Positions 1 through 9,234 of a stretch of 64,000 nt of DNA are shown piece after piece. Each line of letters begins with the position of its first letter. The stretch's first letter is position 1. Location of the stretch: contig CP060260.1 in the NCBI GenBank assembly GCA_023898805.1, positions 1,425,656 through 1,489,655 of the forward strand, read 5' to 3'. The stretch is from Rhodospirillales bacterium (GTDB lineage: Bacteria; Pseudomonadota; Alphaproteobacteria; Micavibrionales; UBA1664). The notes beneath the pieces are model-generated. The model saw only the letters and a program-made list of their open reading frames with translations, was not told the DNA's origin and ran no database searches. Both the position numbers and the translations under genes were made by a program.

Positions 1-1081
1 GGTTGTGAATATAGACGCGCTGATACCGCGCGCCAAGCCGTGTCAGCATTTCGTATCCGTTGGTCCCGGCACTTGCGGCCAGCGCGTCGATCGGCTGGTG
101 CGGGCCGATAATCTCCACCATGTCGCCGGGTTTGGGCGCATCGGCCAGATGCCCGACCGAAACGGTCGTAAGGTCCATCGAAACGCGCCCGACGATCGGG
201 CATGCCATGCCGCGCCAGTACACATGTCCGCGGCTGGATTGCGAACGCAGATACCCATCGGCATACCCAAGCGCCAGAACTGCGACCCGGTCATCCCGCT
301 CCGCCCTGTAGGTTGCGTTGTACCCGATGCTCTCACCCGCGCGCACCGGCTTGACCTGCAAGACCCGTGCATGCAGTTGCACCGCCGGACGCATGGGGTT
401 GTCCCGGTGGGGCAGGGGGTTGCCCCCGTACAGCCCGTACCCGGCGCGCGCCAGATCGTAAAGCGCGTCCGGAAAGCGCAGAATGGCGGATGTATTGCAC
501 AGCGACCAGCGCGGCAGGTTCAGACGCGACGTGATCGCGCGGAACCGTTCGATCTGGATTGCGTTCAACGCGTCATCCGGGTCCTCGGACGATGCGAAAT
601 GGCTCATGCCCAGCGTTACGGCGACCCCGTCCAGCAGCGTGGGATCTTCGATCACGCGCGCGGTTTCTCCGGCGTCGAGGCCCAGCCGGTTCATGCCGGT
701 ATCGAAATGCAGCGCGCATGGCCCGGCGCCTTTTTCGCGCCATATCTCGACATCTCCCAGATGATTGAGAACGGGGACAAGGTCGAACGCACGAAACCCG
801 CTGAAGTCGCCGCTACGCGGCCCGCCGATGACGTAGATCGCGGCTTCCGACCCCAGTACCGCACGCAAATCCGCACCTTCCGCGACATTGGCGACGAAGA
901 ATTTGCGCGCGCCCGCGTCGAACAATGTTCGTCCGATTTCCGCGATGCCAAGCCCGTATCCATTGGCCTTGACCACGCCCGCGACCGGCACGCCGCGCGC
1001 GGCCTGCGTCAGGATGGTGTAATTCGCGGCGATCGCATCCAGATCGATGCGCAGAATCGCTTGTGCGTTGCCGCCGCTCAT
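1..1081 (-). CDS. alr: Alanine racemase; the 3' end runs off the window, so it is absent from the ORF track
   Basis: Own translation from ATG at 1081 on the minus strand gives MSGGNAQAILRIDLDAIAANY...AGVVKANGYGLG (PLP-lysine motif)...GRVSMDLTT...NGYEMLTRLG. Its start overlaps the terC stop as ATGA (1078-1081). Confidence 0.9.
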   Translation of the reverse strand, partial: MSGGNAQAILRIDLDAIAANYTILTQAARGVPVAGVVKANGYGLGIAEIGRTLFDAGARKFFVANVAEGADLRAVLGSEAAIYVIGGPRSGDFSGFRAFDLVPVLNHLGDVEIWREKGAGPCALHFDTGMNRLGLDAGETARVIEDPTLLDGVAVTLGMSHFASSEDPDDALNAIQIERFRAITSRLNLPRWSLCNTSAILRFPDALYDLARAGYGLYGGNPLPHRDNPMRPAVQLHARVLQVKPVRAGESIGYNATYRAERDDRVAVLALGYADGYLRSQSSRGHVYWRGMACPIVGRVSMDLTTVSVGHLADAPKPGDMVEIIGPHQPIDALAASAGTNGYEMLTRLGARYQRVYIHN

Positions 1082-2043
1082 GCCTGCCTCCCGCGCGTTT
1101 TCCAAAGCGAGTACCCGACACCCGCCGCCAGCAGCGCGAACGTCACGCCCAGCGAGACAGAGGGCGGAAACCCGGAATCACCCAGAACGAAGTCGGTAAT
1201 GAAGATTTTCGATCCGATGAAGACCAAAACCGCCGAAAGCGCGTATTTCAGATACGCAAACCGCTCCATCGCCGCTGCCAGCGCGAAATACAGGGTCCGT
1301 AGCCCCAGAATGGCGAAGATGTTGGAAGTGTACACGATGTAGGGATCGGTGGTCAGCGCGAAGATCGCAGGCACGGAATCGACCGCGAACACCACGTCCG
1401 CCAGTTCGATCATCACCAGCGCGACCATCAGCGGCGTCATGTATGTGGCGGTCATCTTGTTGTTTGGGTCGCGCAGTCGAACAAAGAAATGATGCCCGTG
1501 CAGTGTATCCTCCACCCGCATGTGGCGGCGCATGAAACCCAGCACGGGGTTCGCGCCGATATCTGTTTCATGGTCGCCCATCGCGACCATTTTGATCCCC
1601 GAAAAGATCAGGAACGCCGAAAACAGATACAGAACCCAGTGGAAATGCGCGACCAGCGCCGCACCCGTCCCGATCATGACGCCGCGCAGGACGACGACGC
1701 CCAGAATCCCCCAGAACAGCACGCGGTGCTGATACGCGCGCGGGATTTTGAAAAACCCGAAAATCAGCGCCATCACGAACAGATTGTCCATCGACAAGGA
1801 CTGTTCGATCACATAGCCGGTGTAATACTGGATCGCCTTTTCCTGCCCCAGCCCCGCCCATATCCATGCGCCGAACCCAAGGGCGCACAATATATAAAAG
1901 CCGTAGGTCAAAAGCGCATCGCGCGCGCTGATCACCTTGTCCGATTTATGCAGGATGCCGAGGTCGAGGATGAGCAGCGCAAGCACCGCGCCCATGAATA
2001 CCGCCCACATCCAGACGGGTTTGCCCAGCCATAAAAGGTCCAT
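1078..2043 (-). CDS. terC: TerC/Alx family integral membrane protein
   Basis: 321-aa multi-pass membrane protein with TerC-family motifs (YVIEQSLSMDNLFV, ELADVVFAVDSVPAI, SNIFAILGLR). Confidence 0.85.
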   Translation of the reverse strand: MDLLWLGKPVWMWAVFMGAVLALLILDLGILHKSDKVISARDALLTYGFYILCALGFGAWIWAGLGQEKAIQYYTGYVIEQSLSMDNLFVMALIFGFFKIPRAYQHRVLFWGILGVVVLRGVMIGTGAALVAHFHWVLYLFSAFLIFSGIKMVAMGDHETDIGANPVLGFMRRHMRVEDTLHGHHFFVRLRDPNNKMTATYMTPLMVALVMIELADVVFAVDSVPAIFALTTDPYIVYTSNIFAILGLRTLYFALAAAMERFAYLKYALSAVLVFIGSKIFITDFVLGDSGFPPSVSLGVTFALLAAGVGYSLWKTRGRQA

Positions 2044-2059
2044 CGTCAGGTTCCGGGTG

Positions 2060-3226
2060 TCAGGCCGCCGCCTGTGCCGGATTTTTCAGCGCCTCGCGCA
2101 CCGACGTACAGATGAAATCGATCTGCGCGTCGCTCAGATACGGGTGCATCGGCAGGCTGATGACCCGGCCCGCCAGATCCTCGCATACGGGAATTCCGTT
2201 GCCCGCGACCGGGTATTTTGAATAGGCGGTCTGGCGATGCAACGGCTTTGGGTAATAGACGGCGCTGGGGATGCCCTTGTCCTTCAGCGCAGCGGCGAGC
2301 GCGGCACGGTCTGTTCCGGGCGCGAGCGTAAGGGTGTATTGCGCCCAAACCGAGCGAAGCTGCGCCGGGACGCGCGGCGTTTGCACGACATCCGACAATT
2401 GGCGCGTATAGGCGTCGGCCACCAGATTGCGGCGGTCGATCTCGTCCTTATAGATCGCCAGTTTTTCGATCAGGATCGCGGCCTGAAGCGTGTCGAGTCG
2501 CGCGTTCATGCCGATGCGCACATTGTCGTATTTGTCCGCGCCCTTGCCGTGGAAGCGCAGCGATTGCAGCGTCGCGGCGATTTCGTCGTCGTCGGTGAAT
2601 ATCGCCCCGCCATCCCCGTAACAGCCCAGCGGCTTGGCCGGGAAAAAGCTGGTGGTCGTGATTTTGCCGATGCTGCCCGTGGTGCGACCTTTATACGTGC
2701 CGCCGAAACCTTGCGCGGAATCGCAAATCAACCACATGCCGTTGGCATCGCAGATTTTTTCGATTCGATCGTAATCGGCGGGTAGGCCGAACAGGTCGAC
2801 CGCGATGACGCCCACGGGCCGCAAACCGGAATCCTTGGCGGTTTTTGTCGCGGCCTCGATGCTGGCCGGGTCGATGTTGAACGTATCAGGCAGCGAGTCT
2901 GCGAAAATCGGCGTCGCACCCATCCACGCCACGACCTCGGCCGTCGCAGCGAAAGTGAAGGCGGGCACGATGACTACATCGCCCGGCCGGACCTTGAGCG
3001 CCATCAAAGAAAGCCCGATCGCATCCGTCCCGTTGGAACAGGCGACTGCGTGCTTGGCGCCGCAAAAACTTTTCAGTCCGTCCTCGAACTGCCGGACCTC
3101 GGGCCCGAGAATAAACTGGCCGTGCGTCAGGACGCGCTGGATCGCGGAATCGATTTGCGCCCCGATGCGGGCACGTTGCTTTTTCAGGTCGACGAATTCA
3201 ATGGGCAGGATGCTGGAATCGGCCAT
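2060..3226 (-). CDS. wbpE: DegT/DnrJ/EryC1/StrS-family sugar aminotransferase, WbpE-like (UDP-3-oxo-GlcNAcA aminotransferase type)
   Basis: 388 aa with a typical PLP sugar-aminotransferase layout (FILGPEV, SNGTDA, TSFFPAKPLGCYGDGGA). It lies in an operon with WbpA/B/D-like genes. Confidence 0.8.
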   Translation of the reverse strand: MADSSILPIEFVDLKKQRARIGAQIDSAIQRVLTHGQFILGPEVRQFEDGLKSFCGAKHAVACSNGTDAIGLSLMALKVRPGDVVIVPAFTFAATAEVVAWMGATPIFADSLPDTFNIDPASIEAATKTAKDSGLRPVGVIAVDLFGLPADYDRIEKICDANGMWLICDSAQGFGGTYKGRTTGSIGKITTTSFFPAKPLGCYGDGGAIFTDDDEIAATLQSLRFHGKGADKYDNVRIGMNARLDTLQAAILIEKLAIYKDEIDRRNLVADAYTRQLSDVVQTPRVPAQLRSVWAQYTLTLAPGTDRAALAAALKDKGIPSAVYYPKPLHRQTAYSKYPVAGNGIPVCEDLAGRVISLPMHPYLSDAQIDFICTSVREALKNPAQAAA

Positions 3227-3244
3227 GGTAGGTATCTCTTTCTT

Positions 3245-3808
3245 TCAGGACGCTTCTTTCAGGACTCCGTTCTCCTCAACATAGCGTCTTCCCTCGCGTG
3301 GGCAAACCAAATCCGGACCCAAAATCTCGCCCGCATGCGAAACCCAGCCCCGCCGCCGCGCCGGAACCCCGACCATCAGCGCGTGGTCGGGCACATCGCA
3401 CGTCACCACCGCGCCCGCGCCGATCATGCAGTATGCGCCAAGCGTATGGCCGCACACGATGGTCGCGTTGGCGCCGATCGTGGCGCCGCGCCTGACCAGC
3501 GTGGGCCTGAATTCATCCTTGCGCTGGACGTTCGCGCGGGGGTTGAGGACGTTGGTGAACACGCAGGACGGGCCGCAGAACACGTCCTCCTCCAGCGTCA
3601 CGCCCTTATATAGGCTGACATTGTTCTGGATCTTGCACCCGTCGCCGACGCGCACGTCCGGCCCCACCATCGCGTTTTGCCCGACGACACAGCCCGCACC
3701 GATCACGGTATCGGGCAGGATATGCGCGAAATGCCAGATCTTGCTGCCCGCGCCGATCGTGGCCCCGTCGTCGACATAGGCGCTTTCATGGACAAATACG
3801 TTGCTCAT
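3245..3808 (-). CDS. wbpD: Left-handed beta-helix N-acetyltransferase, WbpD-like
   Basis: Hexapeptide repeats throughout (IGAGSKIWHFAHI, IGAGCVVGQNAMVG, VGDGCKIQNNVS). Start trimmed to MSNVFVHE at 3808, which gives an ATGA overlap with the upstream gene's stop. The 224-aa track ORF carries an Arg/Gly-rich extension. Confidence 0.8.
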   Translation of the reverse strand: MSNVFVHESAYVDDGATIGAGSKIWHFAHILPDTVIGAGCVVGQNAMVGPDVRVGDGCKIQNNVSLYKGVTLEEDVFCGPSCVFTNVLNPRANVQRKDEFRPTLVRRGATIGANATIVCGHTLGAYCMIGAGAVVTCDVPDHALMVGVPARRRGWVSHAGEILGPDLVCPREGRRYVEENGVLKEAS

Positions 3809-4800
3809 GCCGCCGCCGCCATCTTTTGGCCCGCCGCGTGATCGCACGCGCGCATGGCCTTGAGAACGCGCAAGCCTTCCCGCCCGTCCGTGCGCGGCGC
3901 GGCGCCGCTGGCGATGCAATCGGCGAAATGTGCGACCTCGTCCTTGAGTGGCTGGCTTTCGGCCAGCGCGACGAATTCGGCCTCGCCCTTGTTCAGGACC
4001 GGCTGCCCGTTCGCATCGAAGGACACGCTATTGGGATAGACCGTGAGCTTTTCGTTCCAGCCTCGCGTGTCGTCGAACACCGCCATGGCCTTGTCGCCGA
4101 TCACGCTCAGCTTCTGTTCCTTGAAGGGATTAAGCCACGACACATGGATATGGCCGTCCAGCCCGTCGCCGAAATCCATGTGCACGATGGCTGTGCTGGC
4201 AAGCGCGCTATCCGCGATGTTGCTGGAATACACGGCCTGAATATGGGTCGGTTCGCGCCCGGCCAGCGCCAGCACCATCGAAAAATCATGCGGCGCGAAG
4301 GACCACAGCACGTTTTCTTCCGTGCGCACCTTCCCGAAATTCAGGCGATTGGAATAAATCCGCCTGACCCGGCCCAGCCGACCCGCCGCGATCATCTCCG
4401 TCAGCGCGATGAATGCCGGATGGTATTGCAGCACGTGCCCGACCATCAGGATGCGTCCGGCCTTGTCGGCCGCCGCGACCATCGCTTCCGCGTCCGTGAC
4501 GCTCATCGCGATGGGTTTTTCGACGAAGCAATGCTTGCCGGATTGGATCGCCCGCAGCGCCATTTCGGCATGCATAGGCGCGGGTGTCGCCAACATCACC
4601 CCCGCGATCGACGGGTCGGCCAGTACGGCGTCGTAAGACAGGGCGGGAACGGCATATTGTGCGCCGAATTTTTCTGCCCGCGCGGCGTCGGAATCCGACA
4701 CTGCCGCCAGAACGCCAAGTTCGGCCGCGCTGCGGACCAGGTTCTGGCCCCAATACCCACACCCAATGACCGCGATGTTTTTTGCTCGTGTTGTGCTCAT
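3805..4800 (-). CDS. wbpB: Gfo/Idh/MocA-family NAD-dependent oxidoreductase, WbpB-like
   Basis: N-terminal Rossmann motif IAVIGCGYWG and the EKP motif (CFVEKPIA). Sits between WbpA- and WbpD-like genes. Confidence 0.8.
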   Translation of the reverse strand: MSTTRAKNIAVIGCGYWGQNLVRSAAELGVLAAVSDSDAARAEKFGAQYAVPALSYDAVLADPSIAGVMLATPAPMHAEMALRAIQSGKHCFVEKPIAMSVTDAEAMVAAADKAGRILMVGHVLQYHPAFIALTEMIAAGRLGRVRRIYSNRLNFGKVRTEENVLWSFAPHDFSMVLALAGREPTHIQAVYSSNIADSALASTAIVHMDFGDGLDGHIHVSWLNPFKEQKLSVIGDKAMAVFDDTRGWNEKLTVYPNSVSFDANGQPVLNKGEAEFVALAESQPLKDEVAHFADCIASGAAPRTDGREGLRVLKAMRACDHAAGQKMAAAA

Positions 4801-4804
4801 AGCC

Positions 4805-6184
4805 TTAAGCCTTGATAACGTTGTCGCGCGGCTGTTTTGCCATCGCGTTGCGTGTGTCGACGACCAGTTTCGCGTGTTTCGATACCATGCCGTAATCGAC
4901 GGCGTCGTGTTCGGTTACGATCACCACCGCATCCGCAGCCTTGAGCGTTTCCGGGCTCAAAGGCACCGACGCCCGCCCGGTATATTCCGGATGCTCGCGC
5001 GTATGCGGAATGACCGGGATCCAGTCGTCGTGATAGCTGACCTGTGCGCCTGCGGCTTCCAGCAGGTCGATGATTTTAAGCGCGGGCGTTTCGCGCATGT
5101 CGTCGACGTTTTTCTTGTACGCCATACCCAAAAGCAAAATCTTCGCACCTGAAAGGGATTTCTGGAATCGCGTGCTCAATCCGGACGCCAGTTTTGAAAC
5201 GACATATTTTGGCATCCCTGCGATGATCTCGCCCGCGAGTTCGATGAACTTGGTGTTCAGTTCGTATTCCCGCGCCTTCCACGTCAGATAGAAGGGATCG
5301 ATGGGAATGCAGTGCCCGCCAAGGCCGGGGCCCGGGTAGAACGGCATGAAGCCGAACGGCTTGGTCGCGGCGCCGCCGATGACCTCCCACACGTCGATGC
5401 CCATCGCGTCGTAGACGACTTTGAGCTCGTTGACCAAAGCGATGTTGATCGACCGGAAGATGTTTTCGGTCAGCTTCACGGCCTCGGCGGTGTCCGGGCT
5501 GGAGACGACGACGGTTTTGTGGATGAACCCGCGATACAGCGCGTCGGCCAGTTGTGTCGCGTCCTCGCCATCACCGCCCACGACCTTGGGAATGGTATGG
5601 GTGTTGAAATTGGGGTTGCCCGGATCTTCGCGTTCGGGGCTGAAGGCCGCAAAGAAATCCTGCCGTGACATCAGGCCCGACCCCTTTTCGAGGAGCGGAA
5701 TCATTACCTCGCGCGTCGTGCCCGGCCATGTGGTGGACTCCAGAATGATCAGCTGTCCGCGCTTAAGGTGTGGTGCGATGACTTCGGACGTATGCACGAT
5801 GTAGGAAAGATCTGGGTCCCGGTGCTTGGTCAGCGGCGTCGGCAGGCAGATGATGACTGCATCGGCGTCCGCGACGTGGGAAAGGTCGGATTCGGTTCTG
5901 AATTTGCCTTTTGCCATCGCGGCGGCGACGGAATCGGACGTGATGTGCTTGATGTAGGATTCGCCCGCGCGCAGTTTCTTGATTTTTTCTGCATCGACGT
6001 CGAGGCCCAGCACCGGGAACCCGGCATCCGCGAACCCGAGGATCAGCGGCAAGCCGACATAACCCAGTCCGATGACCGCGACGGTGGCGGTGCGGTCGGC
6101 GATTTTGCGGGCCAACGCCTCGCTCAAGGCATGGTCTGTCGCGGGGGGCATGGCTTTTTGTTGTGCGGCGGCGGGTCTGGACAT
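4805..6184 (-). CDS. wbpA: UDP-N-acetyl-D-hexosamine 6-dehydrogenase (nucleotide-sugar dehydrogenase), WbpA-like
   Basis: VAVIGLGYVGLPL NAD-binding motif, catalytic-Cys region GLGGHCIPIDP and the UDPG/MGDP dehydrogenase architecture. The start could instead be the internal Met (MPPATDH). Confidence 0.85.
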   Translation of the reverse strand: MSRPAAAQQKAMPPATDHALSEALARKIADRTATVAVIGLGYVGLPLILGFADAGFPVLGLDVDAEKIKKLRAGESYIKHITSDSVAAAMAKGKFRTESDLSHVADADAVIICLPTPLTKHRDPDLSYIVHTSEVIAPHLKRGQLIILESTTWPGTTREVMIPLLEKGSGLMSRQDFFAAFSPEREDPGNPNFNTHTIPKVVGGDGEDATQLADALYRGFIHKTVVVSSPDTAEAVKLTENIFRSINIALVNELKVVYDAMGIDVWEVIGGAATKPFGFMPFYPGPGLGGHCIPIDPFYLTWKAREYELNTKFIELAGEIIAGMPKYVVSKLASGLSTRFQKSLSGAKILLLGMAYKKNVDDMRETPALKIIDLLEAAGAQVSYHDDWIPVIPHTREHPEYTGRASVPLSPETLKAADAVVIVTEHDAVDYGMVSKHAKLVVDTRNAMAKQPRDNVIKA

Positions 6185-6405
6185 GGGCTTCCTTGCTGGA
6201 TTTCCTTGGCTTTTCGCCGTTTAGTTAAGCCCTTTGCGGGCCAATTTCCAGCCTTTTTTAAGGTCTATTCGCCAGTCCGTTCGCCGGGGTCGAAAAAAGC
6301 CCAATTCCAGCCTTAACGTGGGCACATTTCCGGGTCATCCTATCTAACGTACCGACCGCGCTTTCAATGTGAACGCGGCGAAACATTTAAGAAAGTGAGA
6401 TTGGC

Positions 6406-6786
6406 ATGACGATCCGCAAAATTCTTCTTTCCACGCTGGCGCTTTCAATGCTGGCTGTCCCCGCTTTGGCGCAGGACGCGCAGACGCCGCCGCCGGGTTA
6501 CATGGGTGGACCTCATGGCGGTCCTGGTGGCCCGCAGGGCGGTCCGCATGGGGGCATGGAAAAAATGCTCAATGCCGACACCAATGGCGATGGCATGCTC
6601 TCCAAGGCTGAATTCATGGCCGTTCAGGAAAAACGTTTCGACGAAATGGACGCCAACAAGGACGGGCAGGTCAGCAAGGATGAGATGAAGGCCTACCGCG
6701 AAACCATGCGCAGCAAGTTCGAGGAAAAGCGTAAGGAATGGGAAGCCAAAAAAGGCGCGGGCGCCAAAAGTGGTGACGCGGAATAA
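6406..6786 (+). CDS. Secreted EF-hand calcium-binding protein
   Basis: Signal peptide (LSTLALSMLAVPALA/QD), a Gly-Pro-His repeat (GGPHGGPGGPQGGPHGG) and two canonical EF-hand loops (DTNGDGMLSKAE, DANKDGQVSKDE). Confidence 0.8.
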   Translation: MTIRKILLSTLALSMLAVPALAQDAQTPPPGYMGGPHGGPGGPQGGPHGGMEKMLNADTNGDGMLSKAEFMAVQEKRFDEMDANKDGQVSKDEMKAYRETMRSKFEEKRKEWEAKKGAGAKSGDAE

Positions 6787-6806
6787 GCCCTGAAATTCCT
6801 TTTTAC

Positions 6807-6839
6807 AAAAAAGGCGGCGTGTTCAAGCGCCGCCTTTTT
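6807..6839. terminator. Bidirectional rho-independent terminator between convergent genes
   Basis: Sequence aaaaaa-GGCGGCG-tgttcaag-CGCCGCC-ttttt. The stem is 6813-6819 paired with 6828-6834, with an A-run on the left and a T-run on the right. It overlaps the trhO stop codon. Confidence 0.75.
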
Positions 6840-7569
6840 CCTTTGCCGGCTGTTCCGCAAGGCCGTGTCCAAGACTTACGCGGCCATCGAATACAAAGCA
6901 CCCGCCGCGCCACAGGCTTTCCGCTTCTGGCACGGTTTCCAGATATTTCAGGATTCCGCCTTTAAGGTGATAGACGTTTTCGAACCCGTGATCGAGAAGA
7001 TAGCTCGTCGCCTTCTCGCAGCGGATCCCGCCGGTGCAGAACATCGCGATTTTTTTATCCCGAGCGGGATTCAGGCGCGTATCGACGAAATCCGGAAATT
7101 CGTGAAAGCTGACCGTGCCGGGGTCGATCGCACGGGCGAACGTGCCTGCCGCGAATTCAAAGCTGTTGCGCGTATCGATGACCAGGACCTCAGGATCGTC
7201 GATCAGGGCGTTCCAGTCCTTCGCCGCGACATAGGTGCCGACGCGCCGGGTCGGGTCCACGCCCGCGCGGCGCATTGTGACGATCTCCGGCTTGACCTTG
7301 ATTTTCATGCGCGCGAAGGGTTTTTCATGTGCGCGCGAATATTTCAGCTCCGGCGCATCGAATTGCGCGGTGATCGCCGCCATGGCGGCGTCCATCTGGT
7401 ATTGCTCGGCCGCGGCGATGGTGCCGTTGATGCCTTCCCCGGCTATGATCAGCGTGCCGCAGATCGCGTTTTGCGTACAGATTTCACGCAGATGCGCGGC
7501 CATCGCGGGAGCATCCTCCACGCGCTTGAATTGGTACAGGGCGGCCACGATCCACGGCATGATATGCAT
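6823..7569 (-). CDS. trhO: Rhodanese-domain tRNA U34 hydroxylase (UPF0176/YceA family)
   Basis: AALYQF N-terminus, a rhodanese domain and the active-site loop CTGGIRCEKA characteristic of YceA/TrhO. Confidence 0.8.
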   Translation of the reverse strand: MHIMPWIVAALYQFKRVEDAPAMAAHLREICTQNAICGTLIIAGEGINGTIAAAEQYQMDAAMAAITAQFDAPELKYSRAHEKPFARMKIKVKPEIVTMRRAGVDPTRRVGTYVAAKDWNALIDDPEVLVIDTRNSFEFAAGTFARAIDPGTVSFHEFPDFVDTRLNPARDKKIAMFCTGGIRCEKATSYLLDHGFENVYHLKGGILKYLETVPEAESLWRGGCFVFDGRVSLGHGLAEQPAKEKGGA

Positions 7570-7614
7570 TCTTTAAGGGGTGGCGTTTCGCACGGTCAAG
7601 GTTAGACTGCGGTC

Positions 7615-7911
7615 ATGCGAATCGGACGAATGACTTTTTCGATGTTTGCGCTGGCCCTGCTTTCGGCCTGTGCCGCCCAATCCCCGGACACTGGCGGCTA
7701 TGGATCTGGCCGCTACGACATGAGCGCGGCCGAGGCCGCCTGTGTCAAAAAAGGCTATCGTCCCGGAAATTACGAATATGACAGCTGCTTTCAAAATCAG
7801 CCGCAGGTTCAGGCCTGGGAACGCGACGGCCGCATGAACGGGCTGAACATTCTCAAGGCCAACCGTTCGTCGGCGGGCACGCGCGGCGGGCGCAGCTATC
7901 CCGTCGAATAA
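7615..7911 (+). CDS. Small putative lipoprotein, unknown function
   Basis: Lipobox ALLSAC near the N-terminus and a 98-aa product. The start could be the internal Met at 7630. Confidence 0.55.
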   Translation: MRIGRMTFSMFALALLSACAAQSPDTGGYGSGRYDMSAAEAACVKKGYRPGNYEYDSCFQNQPQVQAWERDGRMNGLNILKANRSSAGTRGGRSYPVE

Positions 7912-7919
7912 ACAGCTAT

Positions 7920-9218
7920 TTACTGAAACGTGTTCGGCGCCGGCTCGACGACGCGTACTGTGCCGTTGTTGATTTGCAAAACGGCCATGCCGCGATCGGC
8001 CAGCCCGTTGGGTCCGAAGCGGAAAATCCCGTCAACGCCCGAAAACCCGTTCGGATTGGTCAGTGCCGCCTGGTCGTAGCTTACGCGTTGCCCGCTTTGC
8101 GCGGCGTTACGCGCCAGCACGACGGCCAGCGCCGCAGCGTCATACCCGATGCTGGCCAGACGCGGCGGAGTTTGGCCGTAGATATGCTGGTAGTTACGCT
8201 CGAATGTCGCGCGCAATTGGGGCGAGGGCGCGGCATAAATCGCGCCGTTCATTGTCGGATCCCGCGTGACCGCCGGGTCGTCCCACAGCCCGGTGCCCAG
8301 ATAGCGAACCGCGTTTGCCCCCAGCCCGTATTGCCGCAACGCGGAAGCCAGCGTCAAGACGACGGGCGCGCCCACCGGCATGAAGATCGCGTCGTATGGC
8401 AGACGCCCGGAGATCATTGCCTGTCCGCCGGTCAGTTGCTGCACGCCCTGCGGCGCATCGCTGCCGTCGGCGGCGATGCGTACCGTCTTGACAACGGTGA
8501 TGCCCGCGCGCGCGGCCTCGGTCTGGAACACGCTCAGCACGGCATCGCCGTACATGTCGCGTGGCGCGATGACGCCCACGCGCTTTAGCCCCTGTTGCGC
8601 GGCGTACCGGGCGATGCGCTGCGCCTGTTCAAAGGGCAGCACGCCCATCGAATAAACGTTTCCGCCCGCCGTGCGCCAATCGGTCGAAAACCCGATGACC
8701 GTCAGGCCGTATGCGCGCGCCGCGTCCTTGGCGGCGGTGACTTCTTGCGAAAACAGTGGGCCCAGAATCAGCCGCGCGCCGTCGCGCGCCGCTTGGTCGA
8801 CCGCCATGCGCGCGCCTTCGGGCGTGCCCATCGTGTCTTTCGGGATCAGTTGGAAATTCGGCTCGTTCAGATCGAACACCGCAAGCTGCGCCGCCTGTAA
8901 AAGCGCTTGACCCATCGCGGCGTTCGAGCCGCTTTGCGGCACCAGAATCGCGACCCGCACAGGCTCGGCAAAATTGCCCGCGACCACCGCGCCGCCCTGT
9001 TGCACCAGCGGCGGCTGCGCGCCGCCCATGACGGTATTGGCGCCGTTGATCATCGATTCGGAAGACGGAAAGGGGCTGCTAGTTTGCGCCTGCTCGCTTT
9101 GCGGGCGTCCATCGGCGGTGCCGATGACCGGCGCACGGTGGTCCATCCCGGTTTCGCACCCCGCCAGCACGACCAGCGCCAGAAGCGCAAAAAAGAGAGT
9201 CCGCATTGCGATCAACAC
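7920..9218 (-). CDS. Penicillin-binding protein activator LpoA-like lipoprotein (periplasmic-binding-protein fold)
   Basis: Lipobox LVVLAGC and a type-I periplasmic binding fold (VAILVPQSG...). Its position divergent from rsmI and upstream of yraN matches the E. coli yraL/yraM(lpoA)/yraN arrangement. Confidence 0.7.
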   Translation of the reverse strand: MLIAMRTLFFALLALVVLAGCETGMDHRAPVIGTADGRPQSEQAQTSSPFPSSESMINGANTVMGGAQPPLVQQGGAVVAGNFAEPVRVAILVPQSGSNAAMGQALLQAAQLAVFDLNEPNFQLIPKDTMGTPEGARMAVDQAARDGARLILGPLFSQEVTAAKDAARAYGLTVIGFSTDWRTAGGNVYSMGVLPFEQAQRIARYAAQQGLKRVGVIAPRDMYGDAVLSVFQTEAARAGITVVKTVRIAADGSDAPQGVQQLTGGQAMISGRLPYDAIFMPVGAPVVLTLASALRQYGLGANAVRYLGTGLWDDPAVTRDPTMNGAIYAAPSPQLRATFERNYQHIYGQTPPRLASIGYDAAALAVVLARNAAQSGQRVSYDQAALTNPNGFSGVDGIFRFGPNGLADRGMAVLQINNGTVRVVEPAPNTFQ

Positions 9219-9234
9219 CTTCTATAGTAATTCG

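Noticed and set aside
5-1342. 445-aa plus-strand ORF, the longest in the first 1.3 kb
   Set aside because: It is the antisense shadow of alr and terC. The product is Arg/Ala/Pro/Gly-rich with no motifs. The minus strand encodes a textbook alanine racemase (VVKANGYG, GRVSMD) and a TerC protein.
2044-2059. Expectation of a yybP-ykoY (Mn) riboswitch upstream of terC
   Set aside because: Only 16 nt separate terC from the upstream stop codon, so no leader RNA can be accommodated.
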